Source: the human T2T-CHM13v2.0 reference genome, Homo sapiens. Taken from it: a DNA stretch of 64,000 bases. A model generated the notes under the pieces. That model ran no database searches. It saw only the letters and a program-made list of their open reading frames with translations, and was not told the DNA's origin. Each line of letters starts with the position of its first letter. Within the stretch, counting starts at the first letter, position 1. Of this stretch, positions 56,362-64,000 are shown in pieces. The stretch lies in the NCBI RefSeq assembly GCF_009914755.1, contig NC_060930.1; one strand, given 5' to 3'. The position numbers and the translations under genes were made by a program.

Positions 56362-57661
56362 GGCATTGTTATCAATGGCAAAGATATGGAATCAACCTAA
56401 GTGTCCATTAATAGATAAATGGCTAAAGAAAATGTGGGTATACATATGCACACACCATAGTATATATGCACCATGGTATATATACACTCCCCCCCCTCTC
56501 TGTTCCCTGCCCCATCTCTTTGTCTCCTTGTTATTGTCCCTTTCTTGCTCTCCTCTTCCCCTCCTCCTTCTCTGTATCCCCCGAACCCCATCCTCCTCAA
56601 AGTGGTCAAGGGCACAGCTGCAGAGGTGTTCCTTACCTGCCCTCAAGGATGGCTTTGGCTTTGCCCGAGGCCACAGTGGGGGCGATGCCCAGAGCCTGGC
56701 AGAACGACCTCACCACTTATTGAGCACCTGCTCTGTGAGAGGCGGGGATCCATTGGCTGAGAGGGACCCATCTGGAGTCACACAGACCTGGGCTTGCCTC
56801 TCCCATCCCTTGTTTAGCTGTGTGACCAGGGGAAAGTCACCCTCTCTGGGTGTCTGCTTCCTCACTGGTGAATTGGGGTAAATGCCACAGGGCTGCTGTG
56901 AAGACTGAGTGAAAGCATGTATGTAAATCACTTGGTGTAGTGCCTGGCCAGAAAATAATGCTGGAGAGAACACCATAATCTTGGCTGGCATTATTTGTAT
57001 TGTTGGGCCCTGTACTGGGAGCTTCTCATTTACTATTTCCTTGAATCTCTCTTTTTTTTTTTTTTAAGAAAAAAAAAAAAGATTTCCTTCTTTAAAGTAG
57101 GAAATCCTGTCATTTGCAACAACATGGATGAACTTGAAGAATGTTATGTTAAAATTAATAAGCCAGACACAGAAAAACAAATACTGCATGATCTCACTTA
57201 CATGTGGAATCTAAAAAAGTTGAACTCATAGAAGTAGAGAGTAGAATGGTGGTTACCAGGGAGTGGGGTGGGCTTGGGAGTGGAGGACATTGGAGAGATG
57301 TTGGTCAAAGCATATACTAAATAGTTAGATAGAATCAATAAGTTCAAGTGATCTATTGTAGAACATGGTGATTATAGTAAAAAGCGATGTATTGTATACT
57401 AGAAAATTGCTGAGAGAGTAGATTTTAAATATCCTCACCACAAAAAATAATTATAAGTATTTGAGGTAATTATTTAAATATAATTAATATATATTATTAA
57501 TATAATAAATAAAGCCAAATAAATATAATAAAGCCAAATATATTAATTGGCTTTATTTAGTTATTATACAATGTATACATATATCAAAGCATCGTGTTGT
57601 GCATCATAAATATATACAGTTTTGTAAATTAATAAGAAATAATTTAAAAAATAAAAAATAA
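56362..57661 (+). mobile_element. L1MA-like 3' end in two pieces (56362-56487 and about 57081-57661)
   Basis: 'gatatggaatcaacctaagtgtcc' then 'ggaaatcctgtcatttgcaacaacatggatgaac...gtggaatctaaaaaagttgaactcatagaagtagagagtagaatggtggttaccag'. Confidence 0.85.
56770..56950. mobile_element. MIR within the segment interrupting L1MA
   Basis: 'tctggagtcacacagacctggg...tagctgtgtgaccagggg...ttcctcact...gtgcctggc'. Confidence 0.7.
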
Positions 57662-59567
57662 GGCGTTGTTAAAAGCTCTTTAATATGCAGTGATGATTAG
57701 GATATTATGAAGGAAGAGAGGCAGTAGAGGGAAAATTATAGACTGTCGGAGGAAGTTGCTTTTTTGAATTTAATAAGGAATATAAGAAAGTACCTGAGGC
57801 TATTTTCTGTTAGACTTCTGAGTTACAATCTTTTGCCATGAAGGCAGGAAGTTAGATGAATTTGGACTATTACTATAAAGGAGGAAAAACTACAAAATTG
57901 GATGCTTAGGGAATGCCTATTTCACTTCTTTTCCCCTGCCTGCCTTCCACTCCTGTAAAAAAAGGGATACAAAATTTCCAAAAAATCCACTTCCAAATTA
58001 TTTTTCTGTTAGATAATAGGACATTTTAATAACCAAAAAACCATCCAAAATGATGCAATTAATTTATCAAACTTGTGACATAGGTCCTTTAGGGAGAAGG
58101 CTTTCTATGCCCTCCTATCTTCCTTTTTCTGATAAAGAAAATAATGTGGTATGGTTTATTAATGGTCATAACTAATTACAAGGGAATAGAATTCATTTTT
58201 GTCCTGAAAATATTGATATGGGTGGGCGGTGGCAAATAGTGTCCCCCCTGCTTTTTTTCTTTCTTTCTTTCTCACAGTCGGGAGGAAACTGGCAGAAATA
58301 AATGAACCACAAAATTGTGGACAAATCAAAGCACTGGAATTAATGAGATCTCTCCGAGTAGAACTTTCTCTGAGGCCAGGTTTAGTGTCTGGGGAAAAAA
58401 AATAAACCAAACCGAAACAAAACCAAAAAAACCCAGTATATTCTTGCAGGGCTTTAAAGATGGAAACCGTTTCCTCAGCATGGTAATATAGAAAAAGGAT
58501 TTACCCCATAAAATTTCCCCAGAGTCCTCACTAATAAGATAAAGTCAGTTGAAAATCACTTTGCTCAGGATAGACTGTGACTTCTAAAAGGCGTGTTGAA
58601 ATTAATCAGTACATTCCTGTCTTACGCTGCCTTTGTGTTTCACATCCAAGAGCATTCGTTAGGACAAAGTGAGGAAGAGATGGTTTCCCAGACACGGGGC
58701 TCTGGTGGTCTTGGCAGGCATCACTTAGTTGCAAGGGCAGGTGAGCTGAAAGCAGCACATCTTAAAGGTTTTGTATGTTGTTGTAGCTGACATACGTGAT
58801 GAATGGGGCTGACAAGCCTCTGTGTTATCTGCTTTTCTCATTCTGGATTATTCTGCTATGTAGCAGTTCATGGAAAGCTTCTAAACCAGTAAAAGACTGA
58901 GTGACTGCACCACTAGTCAGAAATTAAAGGGAGCAAGCAGCCGGGGGAAATATACCAAGTGCTCAGTGCTGCACAACGTACTGGCAAAATAGTATATTCC
59001 TTTGGGGAGACCCCAGTGCTTCTTTCTAAGCCTAGTGTTTTCATGGATTACTTTGAGATTCAATTGCAAAAGATGTTGTCCTTTTATTTCAGGCATGACT
59101 GCTTTTCTCATTCATCGGAGTATAATATTTTAGAGGGTGGGGACTGCCTCTGGTTGCATTTCTTCGGGCTTGCCATAGAACCTTGCTCAGTGCTATGAAG
59201 AAAGAAGACGCTAAATAGAATTTGAGAAATTGAAATAATAAAGTCAGTGACTGAAATGACACATAAACCCTTGTCCTAAAGCAAGATAGGCCTACATTTT
59301 TCTGTCACTTTTGACATTTGAAGAAAACCTTTTAGGCCACTTTGCTTGTTTATGCATAAGTCCTTCTTAATGACCACACTAACTTTTTTTTTTCTGATAT
59401 AGTTTCTGATTCTTTCCTCTTTTCTTAGTTGAATCAATACATATATATCTCTTTATGTCTCTCCATCCAGGAAGTTTTGTTTCATTTGTAATCCGTGACC
59501 TCACTTGCTAATTCTTAAGCTTTTGCTATTTTCTTGTACATCCTGGATCTATTTCATAAGGATGATG

Positions 59568-59945
59568 TGGCAGAGATCATGCCATGTGTTTGCCAAATTT
59601 TAATTTATTTTCCTCCCCCTTGTATGCATAGTGAGTCAACTTCTCAGTGCCACTGAATTAGGTGGGGCATGTGATGGATTCTGGCTAATGAGATGTGAAA
59701 GGAAGGAACACGTGGCATTTCCAGGAAGCCACCACAAAAAGCTCCTGAAGAATCCTTCGGTCAGTTTCTTTCCCTGCTGCGGAGGATGTCAGGGCCTCAC
59801 TTCGAGATGGAAAAGCTTCCAGATCAAAGCCGTTGGATCACTGCAAGGGCACCTGCATGGAGAATGGCCTGGTTGCACTGTCAGAATTTGCATCTGTTTT
59901 GTTAAAATACTAAGATGATGGGGTGGTTGTTCACATAGCATGAGT
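59568..59945 (+). mobile_element. MLT1 (H/J-like) LTR relic
   Basis: 'tgtggcagag', 'ttaggtggggcatgtgatggattctggctaatgagatgtga', 'actaagatgatggggtggttgtt'. Confidence 0.6.
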
Positions 59946-60444
59946 GCATACTATTCTAGATAGTCCGATAATGACATACACAGTACTTTTTTTTCCCTAT
60001 GAGCTCCTTCTGTTTCATCACTGGGGATAACAAGGACTGAAAACAGTCCTGAGCTGAGAACCGTCGATTTTTTGGGTGGGAGGCTCCTCAATTATTATGA
60101 GTGTGCTAGTCACATCCAGTGAAAAGGTAAAATAATGTGAATAAGATATAAATTGAGCGCGAGATGCCATGGTGGGAAAAAATAAGTGTGTTGTAGTAGA
60201 CAGCTCTGGATATGATTCCCAATTTGTCTCTTACTAATTCTCTTCACTTGAGCCTTGTTATTTGATTTTGAGTCTTGTTTACCTCATAATTAAAACAAGA
60301 ATAATAACATCTACTTTATAGAATTGACAGGAGAATGTATTTGCATATGCTTGATTTGCAATAAAACCATTAGATTTGGTTTCACCACTGATAAGTTAAG
60401 TGACCTTGAGAGAGACATGTGATCTTTGTAAGCATGAGTTTCTT

Positions 60445-64000
<3,556 letters not shown>

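Noticed and set aside
56366-56881. 171-aa ORF
   Set aside because: Chimera of L1 fragment, pyrimidine tract and MIR; no coding signature

Overview
AT-rich, repeat-dense primate (human-like; AluY, LTR12 and L1PA present) genomic DNA, intergenic or deep intronic. I found no supportable cellular protein-coding exon, RNA gene or CRISPR array. Nearly all listed ORFs are by-products of Alu, L1 or LTR sequence. Contents: about 14 Alus, L1 fragments (including a >3.5 kb L1PA running off the right edge), L2/MIR relics, DNA-transposon relics, several solo LTRs (MLT1, MLT2, MST, MER21-like, LTR33-like, a complete antisense LTR12) and a ~8.9 kb ERV1 element (LTR9B/HUERS-P3b-like) at 46865-55800. That ERV has the structure of a retroposed genomic RNA (R-U5...U3-R-tail) rather than a provirus. 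It lacks recognisable pol and carries two overlapping small membrane-protein ORFs, one of them a signal peptide fused to an Env TM remnant. Other points of interest: a CpG-retaining MLT1 LTR followed by a splice donor, and several foreign-looking or locally duplicated segments interrupting old repeats. Family names come from my recall of consensus sequences, not from a database search, and old-repeat boundaries are approximate.
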